Shown here piece after piece: positions 9,716 to 18,264 of a DNA stretch of 64,000 nt (position 1 is its first letter; each line of letters begins with the position of its first letter). The notes under the pieces were generated by a model. That model saw nothing but the letters and a program-made list of their open reading frames with translations. It was not told the DNA's origin and made no database searches. A program made the translations under genes and the position numbers. The DNA is taken from assembly GCA_043803815.1 (NCBI GenBank), contig JAZDJR010000014.1, positions 32,001 to 96,000 of the forward strand, given 5' to 3'. The DNA is from Candidatus Micrarchaeota archaeon. GTDB lineage: Archaea > Iainarchaeota > Iainarchaeia > Iainarchaeales > JAGVWC01.

Positions 9716-9956
9716 TCCCCTCTCCAGGATTTGCACCAGGGACCTTCCGGTCGCCGCACGTCCCAAAGGGACATTAGGCCATCCGCTTTTGGCGGATATT
9801 ATTCCTCGGGTTTCCCGTTTTTGGCTTTCGCCAAAAAGGGCCCTTTCAAGCTTTCGCTTGAAACGGGTTTCTTTGAACCCGAGGCGCGTTTCTTTTCTTT
9901 CGAAAAGAAAGCCGTTCTTCTACAGCCGGACGCTCTACTAGCTGAGCTAAGAGGGG
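9716..9956 (-). tRNA. tRNA-Tyr(GUA) with 168-nt intron (9752-9919) at 37/38
   Basis: C1:G72 acceptor CCCCTCT/AGAGGGG-A, TCCGG-CT-GTA-G|intron|A-CCGGA. Relaxed BHB with CTGT/GCGG central helix. Confidence 0.92.
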
Positions 9957-9957
9957 T

Positions 9958-10890
9958 CTATGAATTATGCCTTGGGACGGTTTTTAAATGCTTTTTGGGG
10001 GTGAAAACGCGTTCAAAGAGCCAGGGCCAGGCCGCGGAAACCCAAAGGCCCGCACAGAAAAAAACGAGAAATTGTTCCATCGAAGAAGGAAGTTTTAAGG
10101 CGGCAAAAACCAGTATTGCGGTGATAATTAATCCCACAACGGTTTTTTTGGCTTGGTTTTTCCGGTTTTGGGCGGATTGCACAAACCCCGCTTTTTGAAC
10201 CCAAAAAAATCCCCCGTAAAATCCCAAGACAACGGCCGTGAGTAATGGCGGGTTAATCCAAACCAAAAGAACTATCGCCAAAACCAAGGTCAGCAAAAAC
10301 CCGAGCTCGTCGTCGAGTTTGGATAGCTTGATTCCTTTTTTTTCCAGGCGCAGGTGCGTTTGCCAAGCCGCCCAGCCCACCAATAATCCGACAACGGTTC
10401 CCGCAACTACGTCGGAAAAAAAATGCGCGCCCAAAACAAGGCGCGACAAATCAACCAGTATAATCAAAAGAATTCCCAAAACCAGCCAGTGATTTTTTTT
10501 CAGTTTTTTGATTTGCGAAACCGGCTTTAAAAAAAACAAGGTCATGGAACCGATGATTCCCGCGTGGCCGCTTGGAAAACTATACGGACTTTCCCCAAGC
10601 CCAGAAACCAGACTGTTTTCAGGGGCAACGAAAAACTGTAGGGCCGTCGGCCGCGGGCGCATGAAAGCGGCTTTGAGCGCACCGATGACAACCGAAGTGA
10701 ACACAATGAGGTTAACCATCCAAAACGATTCTTTTTCACGCGAGTTCCAGTACAAAATGCACGCGATGGCAAACCAGAAACCGGGGTGGCCAAGATACGT
10801 TATCCAGTGGAAAGCGGGTTCCAAAAAGCCGAGGCTGCCTTGGACCGAGGTTAAGACCGCGTTGTCAAAGGACTGAATTAGTTCGAACAT
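9958..10890 (-). CDS. PAP2-family membrane phosphatase
   Basis: KAAFMRPRP, SFPSGH and SRLVLGAHFFSDV motifs. The stop lies 1 nt before the tRNA-Tyr 5' end. Confidence 0.92.
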   Translation of the reverse strand: MFELIQSFDNAVLTSVQGSLGFLEPAFHWITYLGHPGFWFAIACILYWNSREKESFWMVNLIVFTSVVIGALKAAFMRPRPTALQFFVAPENSLVSGLGESPYSFPSGHAGIIGSMTLFFLKPVSQIKKLKKNHWLVLGILLIILVDLSRLVLGAHFFSDVVAGTVVGLLVGWAAWQTHLRLEKKGIKLSKLDDELGFLLTLVLAIVLLVWINPPLLTAVVLGFYGGFFWVQKAGFVQSAQNRKNQAKKTVVGLIITAILVFAALKLPSSMEQFLVFFCAGLWVSAAWPWLFERVFTPKKHLKTVPRHNS

Positions 10891-10939
10891 AACCTATACA
10901 AAGAGCGGTTATACCAATATAAATTATTCTCGAAAACGT

Positions 10940-11173
10940 TCAGATTTTTCTTCGCAGTTTTTCGTATTCTTCTCTCGTGATTTTGGTTTGTTTCAGTATT
11001 TCGTTCAAAAGCCAGATGTTCAGGTCTTCGTTTCCATGCACCGGAATAACGGTTTTTCTTCCGTCGGGATGGATATAACGGACGTGGCTTCCGACTTGGT
11101 GGATTCTTTGAAAACCCATTTTTTCCAGGAGTTTGCACAGTTCCTTGCCAGAAATCGGAATTAATTTTGGCCG
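10940..11173 (-). pseudogene. hicA: HicA-family toxin lacking a start codon
   Basis: Frame reads (R)PKLIPISGKELCKLLEKMGFQRIHQVGSHVRYIHPDGRKTVIPVHGNEDLNIWLLNEILKQTKITREEYEKLRRKI*. CGG sits at the Met position, with an in-frame TAA four codons upstream. Confidence 0.8.
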
Positions 11174-11218
11174 TTTACACCGTTATTTGAACTTTTTATT
11201 TGTTTCTTTCAAACGTTT

Positions 11219-11668
11219 TCACGCTTTTTTCGCGCTTTTCATGACGCGTTTCATGCCGGGAATCTTGATTTCCGAATAATCCACGACAACCCCGCAGGCT
11301 TTTAGGAGTTTTCTTGAGGCGTAGGCGCGCAAAAAATCCGCGACTTCTTTTTGCTCGCCTTTTTGCAAGGAGGGAATGGCGGAAATTTCGTTGATGACCT
11401 GGGAAACTTTTCGCGTATTAAGCTCTTTTAAAACGCCTGCGATTTCGTCTTCGGTTTTGCCGGCCTGAACTTGGTCCAAAACCGCGTCGAGTTTTTTGAT
11501 GTCCGTTATTTTGCCGAGGTTTTCCGCGATTTTTCGGTCCACGCTAAACGTCATGGAAGCCAAAAATTCGGCTATGGTGCGCGGGTCGGTTGCGGGTTCT
11601 ATTTTGAGTTTTTTAATCGCGGCCCAATCGTCATAATTGGCCACAAATTGGATGTATTGTTCGCTCAT
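11219..11668 (-). CDS. Conserved archaeal protein (DUF2666-like)
   Basis: IQFVANYDDWAAIKKLKI N-terminus; ATG at 11668 with GGTGA upstream. The longer ORF call overlaps tRNA-Thr. Confidence 0.7.
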   Translation of the reverse strand: MSEQYIQFVANYDDWAAIKKLKIEPATDPRTIAEFLASMTFSVDRKIAENLGKITDIKKLDAVLDQVQAGKTEDEIAGVLKELNTRKVSQVINEISAIPSLQKGEQKEVADFLRAYASRKLLKACGVVVDYSEIKIPGMKRVMKSAKKA

Positions 11669-11753
11669 GGTTTCACCCGCTCTAATGCCAAAACTTGAAT
11701 TATTTGAGTAATTGAAAGGTTTTAAATGAATCTGTGGGGAATTCTTTATCATT

Positions 11754-11827
11754 GCCGGTGAAGCATATCCTGGTTTTGCAGCGGTTTTGTAAACCGCAGG
11801 CTGAGGGTTCAAATCCCTCCACCGGCT
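11754..11827 (+). tRNA. tRNA-Thr(UGU)
   Basis: GCCGGTG/CACCGGC-T acceptor, GCGGT-TT-TGT-AA-ACCGC, GTTCAAA T-loop; TTTAAA box upstream. Confidence 0.93.
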
Positions 11828-11997
11828 ATTTGTTCAATTTTATCCAAGTGCCCGAACCGGTTTCTTTTTTTGCCGTGTCAAAAAAAAGTTTCAGGGTATC
11901 CAAATTATAAAATCCGATTCGAGAATCATGCATGGGAAAAATAGCTCTTAAGCGAATAAGCCGTTTTGCCAGCCCGTCATTTCCGGTGAAACCGGAT

Positions 11998-12711
11998 TTA
12001 TTGGTCCGGCAGGCTTTCGAGGATATAACGCCAGGCCAGCAGTTTGTGGGCTTCAACAAGCTTAAAGTCCTCTAGGGTTTCGGTTTCAAACCGCGTTTTT
12101 TTGAAATCAATGTATTCCCTCAGCATTTGGGCGTCGCCGTCGCGGACCTGCTGTTCACTCAGGCCGGTTTCGTTTGCAATGACCGTGACGTTTTCAGGAG
12201 AAACAAAATTCTTGATTTGAATATTGGGAAGTTCCTGCTCCGCGAGCGCGATGGTTTCGTCAGGGGTCACGTTTTCGTCGGACAACAAGGAAACGAGTTC
12301 GTCCTGGATTATGCCAAGATGCGCGACGAGTGCGAATACCGCGGTTTCCTTTTGCAAAGCGTTCATTACGTCTATGTTGTTTTCGCTTTTTTGGAGCGTC
12401 TCATACAACGGCGTTTCTTTTTGCATTATCCAAAGCACTTCTTCCTCGTTGGAAACCGCAAGCGCGTATAATCTTGCGTATTCGGCCTCGTGGTCCAGCG
12501 GCGGCGCGGTTTGCTGCATGGTTGCCACCAAATCGGCGGTTTGTGCGTTCATGTCCGCCAGTCCTGCGTGAACATTGTCTGAAAAAGTTTTGGCCATTGT
12601 TGCTCCGATTCCGCTGTTTTTTTGTGTCGCTAAAAATAACGCGATTCCGGCCAATACGATAATTGCAACGGCAAGTCCAGCGATTATCCACTGGTCTTTG
12701 GAAAGTTTCAT
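11998..12711 (-). CDS. Membrane-anchored hypothetical protein
   Basis: N-terminal TM helix followed by an acidic helical ectodomain. Confidence 0.7.
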   Translation of the reverse strand: MKLSKDQWIIAGLAVAIIVLAGIALFLATQKNSGIGATMAKTFSDNVHAGLADMNAQTADLVATMQQTAPPLDHEAEYARLYALAVSNEEEVLWIMQKETPLYETLQKSENNIDVMNALQKETAVFALVAHLGIIQDELVSLLSDENVTPDETIALAEQELPNIQIKNFVSPENVTVIANETGLSEQQVRDGDAQMLREYIDFKKTRFETETLEDFKLVEAHKLLAWRYILESLPDQ

Positions 12712-12761
12712 GGCAGAGTAAGGACGAAAAAGTATTTTAGGGAGTCGGTTGAAAGTTAATC

Positions 12762-13631
12762 ATGGCTTTTGAAATCGGGATACTCGCGGCGTTTGGCGCA
12801 ATGATTTGCTGGGGACTGGGGGATTTTTTCATCCAGCGTTCCACAAGAAAAATCGGTGACGTGCAGTCTTTAGCCTGGATTGGGTTAATCGGCGCGGTCC
12901 TCTTATTGCCGTTTGTAATCGGTGATTTGCAGTTATTGGTCGTTAAGCAAAACCTGTGGTTTTTGGCGGCTTTGGGTGCACTGGGTTTTGCAATTTCCTT
13001 GGTCACTTTTGAAGGATTCAAGCAGGGAAAACTTTCGGTAGTCGACGTCATTTTGGAAATCGAATTGCCGATTACGATTGCGTTTGGAATCGTTTTTCTG
13101 TCCGAAACCGTTTCGCTAATCCAACTGGCCATCATTTCCTTTGTTTTTGTTGGAATCGTATTGGTCGCCCTGCCGGTTTTTTCGCTTAAAGAATCGTTTC
13201 AAAAACTCGAAAAAGGCGCGCTGCTGGCCATTGTTGCTGCTTTGGGAATGGGTGCCATCAATTTTTTGACCGGGGTCGGCGCCAAAACCGTTTCGCCTTT
13301 TTTGGTGATTTGGGTTCCCTGGGTCATCATGGCGGTCATTTCGCTGTTCATTGTCTGGCGACGCGAAGGCTTCCAAAACTTTTTCAAAAACGCGGCCCAA
13401 AACAAAAAACTGATTGCCTGCGAAAGCGTTTTGGACACCGCCGCGTGGATGCTGTTTGCCATTGCGTTAGTCCGCCATCCGGTTTCGATTACAACCGCAA
13501 TCACCGAAAGCTATCCTGCATTGGCGGTGCTTTTAGGGGTTTGGTTTAACCGCGAAAAAGTGCAACGCCACCAATTGGCGGGAGCGGGAATGGCGATTGT
13601 TGCCAGCATCTGCCTTGGGTTTTTGGTTTAG
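12762..13631 (+). CDS. DMT/EamA family transporter
   Basis: Ten TM helices in two EamA repeats (AMICWGLGDFF; YPALAVLLGVWFNREK). Confidence 0.9.
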   Translation: MAFEIGILAAFGAMICWGLGDFFIQRSTRKIGDVQSLAWIGLIGAVLLLPFVIGDLQLLVVKQNLWFLAALGALGFAISLVTFEGFKQGKLSVVDVILEIELPITIAFGIVFLSETVSLIQLAIISFVFVGIVLVALPVFSLKESFQKLEKGALLAIVAALGMGAINFLTGVGAKTVSPFLVIWVPWVIMAVISLFIVWRREGFQNFFKNAAQNKKLIACESVLDTAAWMLFAIALVRHPVSITTAITESYPALAVLLGVWFNREKVQRHQLAGAGMAIVASICLGFLV

Positions 13632-13633
13632 CC

Positions 13634-13701
13634 CGATTGGTACACCCTTTCGGGTGCAGGCGTGCACTCCGCATATGTGTCCCAGCTGCGCTGGGACGGT
13701 A
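13634..13701 (+). repeat. Family III hairpin element
   Basis: CGATTG..CCCTTTCG..CGTGC..ATATGTGTCCCAG-CTGCG-CTGGGACGGTA; homologous to 20351-20419. Confidence 0.65.
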
Positions 13702-13710
13702 ATATTTTTT

Positions 13711-13890
13711 TGCCCTTGCCGGGAGTTGAACCCGGGTCTCAACCGCACTCCCTGTTGATAATTTTTTCCAAGGTTTTTTGCGATCCGATTTTGCCAAAAA
13801 GGCAAAATGAGCCCATTCGAGCTTGCTCGAATCGGGCAGCAAAAAAGTTGTTTGAGAGGGTTGTATCCTTGGCCGCTAGATGACAAGGGC
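13711..13890 (-). tRNA. tRNA-Glu(CUC) with 107-nt intron (13746-13852) at 37/38
   Basis: GCCCTTG/CAAGGGC-A acceptor, CAACC-CT-CTC-A|intron|C-GGTTG. BHB central helix CTCT/GGAG. Confidence 0.93.
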
Positions 13891-13928
13891 GATTACGAAT
13901 TAGGCCTCAAATGCTTTTTTATGGGTTT

Positions 13929-14450
13929 TCATTTGGCCAGTTTGAACTCGGCTACGGTTTTCCAAACCATGTGTTGAGGCGTGTTTTTAAGCAAGGCCAA
14001 TTTGTCAAAAACTCCCCCTTCCGGCATTTGGCTTTGGGCGGCTTGAATCATCGGCTGTTTGGACGCAAGGTCAAAGTCGCCGTAAATCATCGTAAAATGC
14101 GGCATGAATCCGCGCTTGTCCGACCGGCCAAAGACGGCTTCGCTTTTGGCTCTGCAATCAAACAGTTCTTTCGAATCTTTTACCCTGATAAAAACGCATC
14201 GCACAAAATCATCCATGTGCTCGACCTTGGAAAAAACAGCGGCAATTGGCTTGGTTTGATTGGCAAGCCGCTTTGTTTTTTCAACCAGTTCTTTTTCGCG
14301 GTTTTCATCCTGCGGAATCTGGACAAGAAGCGAAACATGCGGTTCGAAAAAAGGAGCGTTGTATTTTCGGCTTAATCTGTCGATAATTTTTTTGAGTGGT
14401 GCGCGCGTTTTTTTGTCCGGCAAAAGCCAAACGTGATATTCGTTTTGCAT
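13929..14450 (-). CDS. 2H phosphoesterase (cyclic phosphodiesterase / 2'-5' ligase family)
   Basis: Two HxS/T motifs, FEPHVSL and FMPHFTMIYGD; YHVWLLP start. Confidence 0.85.
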   Translation of the reverse strand: MQNEYHVWLLPDKKTRAPLKKIIDRLSRKYNAPFFEPHVSLLVQIPQDENREKELVEKTKRLANQTKPIAAVFSKVEHMDDFVRCVFIRVKDSKELFDCRAKSEAVFGRSDKRGFMPHFTMIYGDFDLASKQPMIQAAQSQMPEGGVFDKLALLKNTPQHMVWKTVAEFKLAK

Positions 14451-14467
14451 AAGCCAAACCGGATTAG

Positions 14468-14881
14468 TTATTGGCCGGGAACTGCGCCGGCGGTTGCCGC
14501 GGGCGGCAGGCGAAACTCGATTGTGATGTCCTGGTTCAAGGTCAAGGAATCGATTCCTTGGGTGAATTCTTCGCCGTTTACAAACGTTCCCATCTGGCGG
14601 TCGGATGTGGAGTGCAATTCGTTGACGCCGGTGACTTTTTTTCCATTGGCTTGCAAACTGATTTGCAATTGGGCCATTTGGCTTAACGCCGAAAACGCAT
14701 TGGTTCCTTTCGGAAATTCCTGGAACTTGTCAACGACAATCAGGTTGCGGTCCAAAGCGCGCAGGTGAACCTCGGCCGTGGTTTTGGCTTCGGGAGTGGA
14801 AGAACCGTTATTGGAAGAAGTGCATCCGGCAAGGACAATCGAAACGGCAATCAAAAGCAAGGCCGCGCTTTTCCAGTTCAT
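14468..14881 (-). CDS. Lipoprotein with DUF4430-like domain
   Basis: Lipobox LAGC; GTNAFSAL...VTGVN...FVNGEEFTQGIDSLTL. Confidence 0.7.
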   Translation of the reverse strand: MNWKSAALLLIAVSIVLAGCTSSNNGSSTPEAKTTAEVHLRALDRNLIVVDKFQEFPKGTNAFSALSQMAQLQISLQANGKKVTGVNELHSTSDRQMGTFVNGEEFTQGIDSLTLNQDITIEFRLPPAATAGAVPGQ

Positions 14882-14919
14882 AGGCACTAATAGGAAAAAG
14901 CGGTATAAAAAACCCACCC

Positions 14920-15303
14920 AAGTTATGTAGCAAACTAACCAACGTTTTTGGGTTTTCGTATGGAAAAAAAACTGATAAACCGATTGACTTTGTCCAAAAA
15001 TTTTCGGATAATCTGCAACTGCAATTTATCGCTGGCTTATGGGATACCGACGGCGGAAAGTCGGGAAAAACATACGCTTTTTGCAATTCATCCAAAAAAA
15101 TGGTTTTATATGTAAAAGATTTTATGGAAAAAAACCAAATCAGCACCCGATTTTACGAACAGTATAAAGGGCCATTCACTTGGTATTTGCTCTTTGTTCA
15201 AATTCGGGACAAAGAAAAATTTCTTAATTTATTCCCGCTAAAAAACACGAGGAAGTATGGTGTGCCGGTGGGGAGATTTGAACTCCCGACCCCTACATTA
15301 TGA
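14920..15303 (+). pseudogene. 5'-truncated LAGLIDADG endonuclease (C-terminal domain) ending antisense within tRNA-Met
   Basis: Open frame KLCSKLTNVFGFSYGKKTDKPIDFVQKFSDNLQLQFIAGLWDTDGG aligns with the second domain of 17080..18201. No start codon upstream of the motif. Confidence 0.8.
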
Positions 15304-15334
15304 GTGTAGTGCTCCACCGCTGAGCTACACCGGC
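15263..15334 (-). tRNA. tRNA-Met(CAU), probably elongator
   Basis: GCCGGTG/CACCGGC-A acceptor, CTACA-CT-CAT-AA-TGTAG; G1:C72 and no initiator GGG/CCC stem. Confidence 0.9.
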
Positions 15335-15383
15335 AAAAGAATCCGTTACTCAATTTTCGGCGAAAGCATTTTTAAGGGTTTAT

Positions 15384-16043
15384 TCAGCGCATCCGGCTTT
15401 TGACTTCGATTCCGGGGTTGTATAAAATCAGCCGGTCCGCGTATCCGATGAATAATCCGGTTTCGATGACTCCGGGAATTTCCTTGGCCGAAAAATTGAT
15501 GTCTTCGGGAGAATAAACCTCGTCGATTTTGATGACGGCAAGATAATTTCCGCTTTCGGTCAAAAACGGCCGCTGGCTGACGGTTTTTAGGCCGCAAGGT
15601 CCCAGCTTTTCAAGCGCAAGCAGGGTGCGTTTGTATCCGAACGGCGTGATTTCAACCGCCATGGAACCGTTCAGTTTTTTCACGAAATTTTTTTTCTCGC
15701 ACACCACCACCAGTTCGTCCGCGCTTTGGCAAATCATCTTGTCGCGCACCAAGGAATGCGAATCGGTTTTCAAAAAATTGTACTGCTCGTCTATCTGGTC
15801 GGCAAATTCGATGGCTAAATCGATTTCGCTTTCGTCAATCGACACAACCGGAAGATGCAGTTCGGTCGCGATTTCCGCCAGATGCATGGAAGTCGGAACA
15901 AAAAAAATCGACAAATCCTGCTGTTCCAGCCTCCAAACCAATTGGCGCAAAAACTGCTCTCCCAGGTGGCTGGTTCCGATGGAAACCACGGAACCGTTTT
16001 TGACATACTTGGCAATCAGGCCTTCAATCGTGGACTCGTCCAT
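15384..16043 (-). CDS. rpiA: Ribose-5-phosphate isomerase A homologue with altered catalytic motifs
   Basis: Overall RpiA layout (PFLTESGNY, IPGVIETGLF), but GTGST, DGAD and KGGG..REK are changed. Confidence 0.8.
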   Translation of the reverse strand: MDESTIEGLIAKYVKNGSVVSIGTSHLGEQFLRQLVWRLEQQDLSIFFVPTSMHLAEIATELHLPVVSIDESEIDLAIEFADQIDEQYNFLKTDSHSLVRDKMICQSADELVVVCEKKNFVKKLNGSMAVEITPFGYKRTLLALEKLGPCGLKTVSQRPFLTESGNYLAVIKIDEVYSPEDINFSAKEIPGVIETGLFIGYADRLILYNPGIEVKSRMR

Positions 16044-16115
16044 AGCCAAAATAAGGATTATTGGACTATAAAAGAAATTCGATTAAAAAATGGAAATTGG
16101 GCTGAAAACGGGAAA

Positions 16116-16952
16116 TTACTTTTTTTTGCCCGTTTTTCCCTGGTGGCGAATAAACGCGTTAACCGCATCCATGATTTCAATCGGAACCGCAATTACGACC
16201 GTATTGGAAGCTGTTGGCCCCAGGCCGTCGATGGTCTGCAGGGTTCGCAATTGCATGGCGCCGGGCATTTTGGCCATGATTTCGGCGGCCTTGGCCAGGT
16301 TGTCGGCTGCCATGCGGTCCCCTTCGGCCTTGATAATCGTCGCGCGTTTTTCGCGTTCGCTTGACGCTTGTCGGCTCATCAATCGCTTTAAGTCTTCGGG
16401 CATGTCGATGTCCTGCATTTTGATGCTTGTGACCTCGATTCCCCAGGCAATGCTTTCTTTTTCGACAATCGTTTCAATCTGCTTTCCGATTTGTTCGCGC
16501 TCCGCCAAGACTTCGTCCAGCATCTGTCCGCCGACGACATCGCGCAAAGCGGTTTGCGCGTACTGCGAAACCGCGTATTCGTAATCCTGCACGTTAATGA
16601 TTGCTTTGGAAGCATCCACTACCTTGAAATACAATACCCCGTTAATCGTAACCGGAACATTGTCTTTGGTAATCGCCTGCTGGCGCGGAATATCAATCGT
16701 GGTTATCCGCATGTCGATAATCCGAACGCGCTCGATAAACGGAAAAATAAAATTCAAGCCCGCCTGCAACGTGCGGTCCATTCGGCCCAAAGAAAATATT
16801 ACGCCGGTCTGGTATTGCTGGACAATGCGAATCGACAAAGCCAAAAGCAAAATAATATAAATCGGAAGAAAAATCCAAAGTCCCAAAGATAAAAGCGCAA
16901 CCGCAATCGCCGCCAAAATCAGGCCGATAACCAGTTTGGGGCCGTTGTTCAT
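16116..16952 (-). CDS. SPFH/band-7 (stomatin-like) protein
   Basis: ITKDNVPVTINGVLYF, AQTALRDVVG and EREKRATIIKAEG. Confidence 0.93.
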   Translation of the reverse strand: MNNGPKLVIGLILAAIAVALLSLGLWIFLPIYIILLLALSIRIVQQYQTGVIFSLGRMDRTLQAGLNFIFPFIERVRIIDMRITTIDIPRQQAITKDNVPVTINGVLYFKVVDASKAIINVQDYEYAVSQYAQTALRDVVGGQMLDEVLAEREQIGKQIETIVEKESIAWGIEVTSIKMQDIDMPEDLKRLMSRQASSEREKRATIIKAEGDRMAADNLAKAAEIMAKMPGAMQLRTLQTIDGLGPTASNTVVIAVPIEIMDAVNAFIRHQGKTGKKK

Positions 16953-17009
16953 ATGGTATTCTTCCAGCAGAGAATTTAAAAAACCAAATCCAAAAACGGG
17001 TCTAAGTAT

Positions 17010-17050
17010 CCAAAAACGCAGGCCACGCGGCGGGGTGGGTGCGAACAGTT
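17010..17050 (+). repeat. Family II dispersed repeat upstream of the LAGLIDADG gene
   Basis: CCAAAAACGCAGGCCACGCGGCGGGGTGGGTGCGAACAGTT compared with the 33131-33172 reverse complement CCAAAAACAGCCCTGCGGCGATTGGGTGCGGATAG. Confidence 0.6.
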
Positions 17051-17079
17051 AAAACCGGTTTTCAGCGGAAACGAGGTGC

Positions 17080-18201
17080 GTGCAAAATGACTTATTCCAA
17101 AATACGGCTATTTTATTGCTGATTGAAATGCGTGTTGGTTTTGGGGATGCTGCTATTCGCACCGAGTTTTTTGAACTGGCTAAAGCAGGAGCGAGCTGCA
17201 AGACTTGGCAGGTATTCAGCCAATTGCTAAAAATGAGACGAACAAGATTGGAGCGTTTTCGGTATGGTCAGCAACTGTTTTCAGAGGAATTATTTGAAAA
17301 ACTCTTGGGATTTTTGCCTGGAGATGAACGGGAAAAATTTCGAAAATCCACTGTTTTTAACTCTGATAATTGGGGGCAAGTCAAGGGAGGAAAAAGGACG
17401 GCGAAATTGCATCCCGAGAATTATGAGCGGGCGCGTCAATTTGCAATTAATGCAACAAAAGAAAAAGCAAGATTGCAAGAAGATAACTTTGATTTGACAA
17501 TGCCTCTTTCAGAGGAGTTGTGCGAGTTGGTGGGCGCGATTATCGGAGACGGCTGCATTAGCGGATTTAAGACCAAATATGGTCACTATCAGAATCATGT
17601 TTCCATAACCGGCCACAGTGTTTTGGACAAAGATTATTTGGGTTATATGGGCAGTCTTTTGGGAAAGTTTTTTGGGATTAAAGTAACAACGCGTTTTCGA
17701 AAAACCAAAAAAGCAATGGTTGTTTTTGTTCATTCCAAACTCGTTTTTTCTTTTTTCACCAAGCGTTTCGGATTTGTTCCCGGTCCAAAGGCATTCACGG
17801 TAAAAATCCCGGAAGAAATTTTGAAATCTGAAGAGCGATTTGTTTTTTCAACGATTCGAGGAATATACGATACCGACGGCTGTATTTTTTTTGACAGGCG
17901 AAAACCATACGGCAGACCGTACCCTCGAATTTCACTGCAAATAGTAAGCAAACCGTTGGCCGAACAATTGCATGGTTTTTTACGGCGGTATTTTTCCGTT
18001 CGTTTCGGAAAAAACCGCAATCGCAACTCGTATTTCGTTGAAATTTACGGCCATGAACAATTAGCAAAGTGGATGAACTTAATCGGGTTTTCTAACCAAA
18101 AACATTTGAATCGATATTATGCTGGAATGAAGAATAGCCCGTGGGGAGATTTGAACTCCCAACCCCGTCATGGTCAGACAACAAGTTATGTATACCAATG
18201 A
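17080..18201 (+). CDS. Free-standing double-motif LAGLIDADG homing endonuclease
   Basis: LCELVGAIIGDGC and STIRGIYDTDGC motifs; no intein or intron context. The last 66 nt overlap tRNA-Thr(GGU) antisense. Alternative start ATG 17128. Confidence 0.9.
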   Translation: MQNDLFQNTAILLLIEMRVGFGDAAIRTEFFELAKAGASCKTWQVFSQLLKMRRTRLERFRYGQQLFSEELFEKLLGFLPGDEREKFRKSTVFNSDNWGQVKGGKRTAKLHPENYERARQFAINATKEKARLQEDNFDLTMPLSEELCELVGAIIGDGCISGFKTKYGHYQNHVSITGHSVLDKDYLGYMGSLLGKFFGIKVTTRFRKTKKAMVVFVHSKLVFSFFTKRFGFVPGPKAFTVKIPEEILKSEERFVFSTIRGIYDTDGCIFFDRRKPYGRPYPRISLQIVSKPLAEQLHGFLRRYFSVRFGKNRNRNSYFVEIYGHEQLAKWMNLIGFSNQKHLNRYYAGMKNSPWGDLNSQPRHGQTTSYVYQ

Positions 18202-18230
18202 CGAGCAAAACCAGGCTATGCTTCACGGGC
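18136..18230 (-). tRNA. tRNA-Thr(GGU) with 21-nt intron (18172-18192)
   Basis: GCCCGTG/CACGGGC-T acceptor, CGTCA-TT-GGT-A|TACATAACTTGTTGTCTGACC|A-TGACG; BHB motif. Confidence 0.93.
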
Positions 18231-18264
18231 GAATAGCTACTAAAAACCGCTTGGAAAATGCTTT

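Noticed and set aside
9731-10198. 155-aa plus-strand ORF over tRNA-Tyr
   Set aside because: Antisense shadow of the tRNA and the PAP2 gene with no recognisable motif.
10878-11138. 86-aa minus-strand ORF from the track
   Set aside because: Wrong frame; the overlapping frame encodes a clear HicA.
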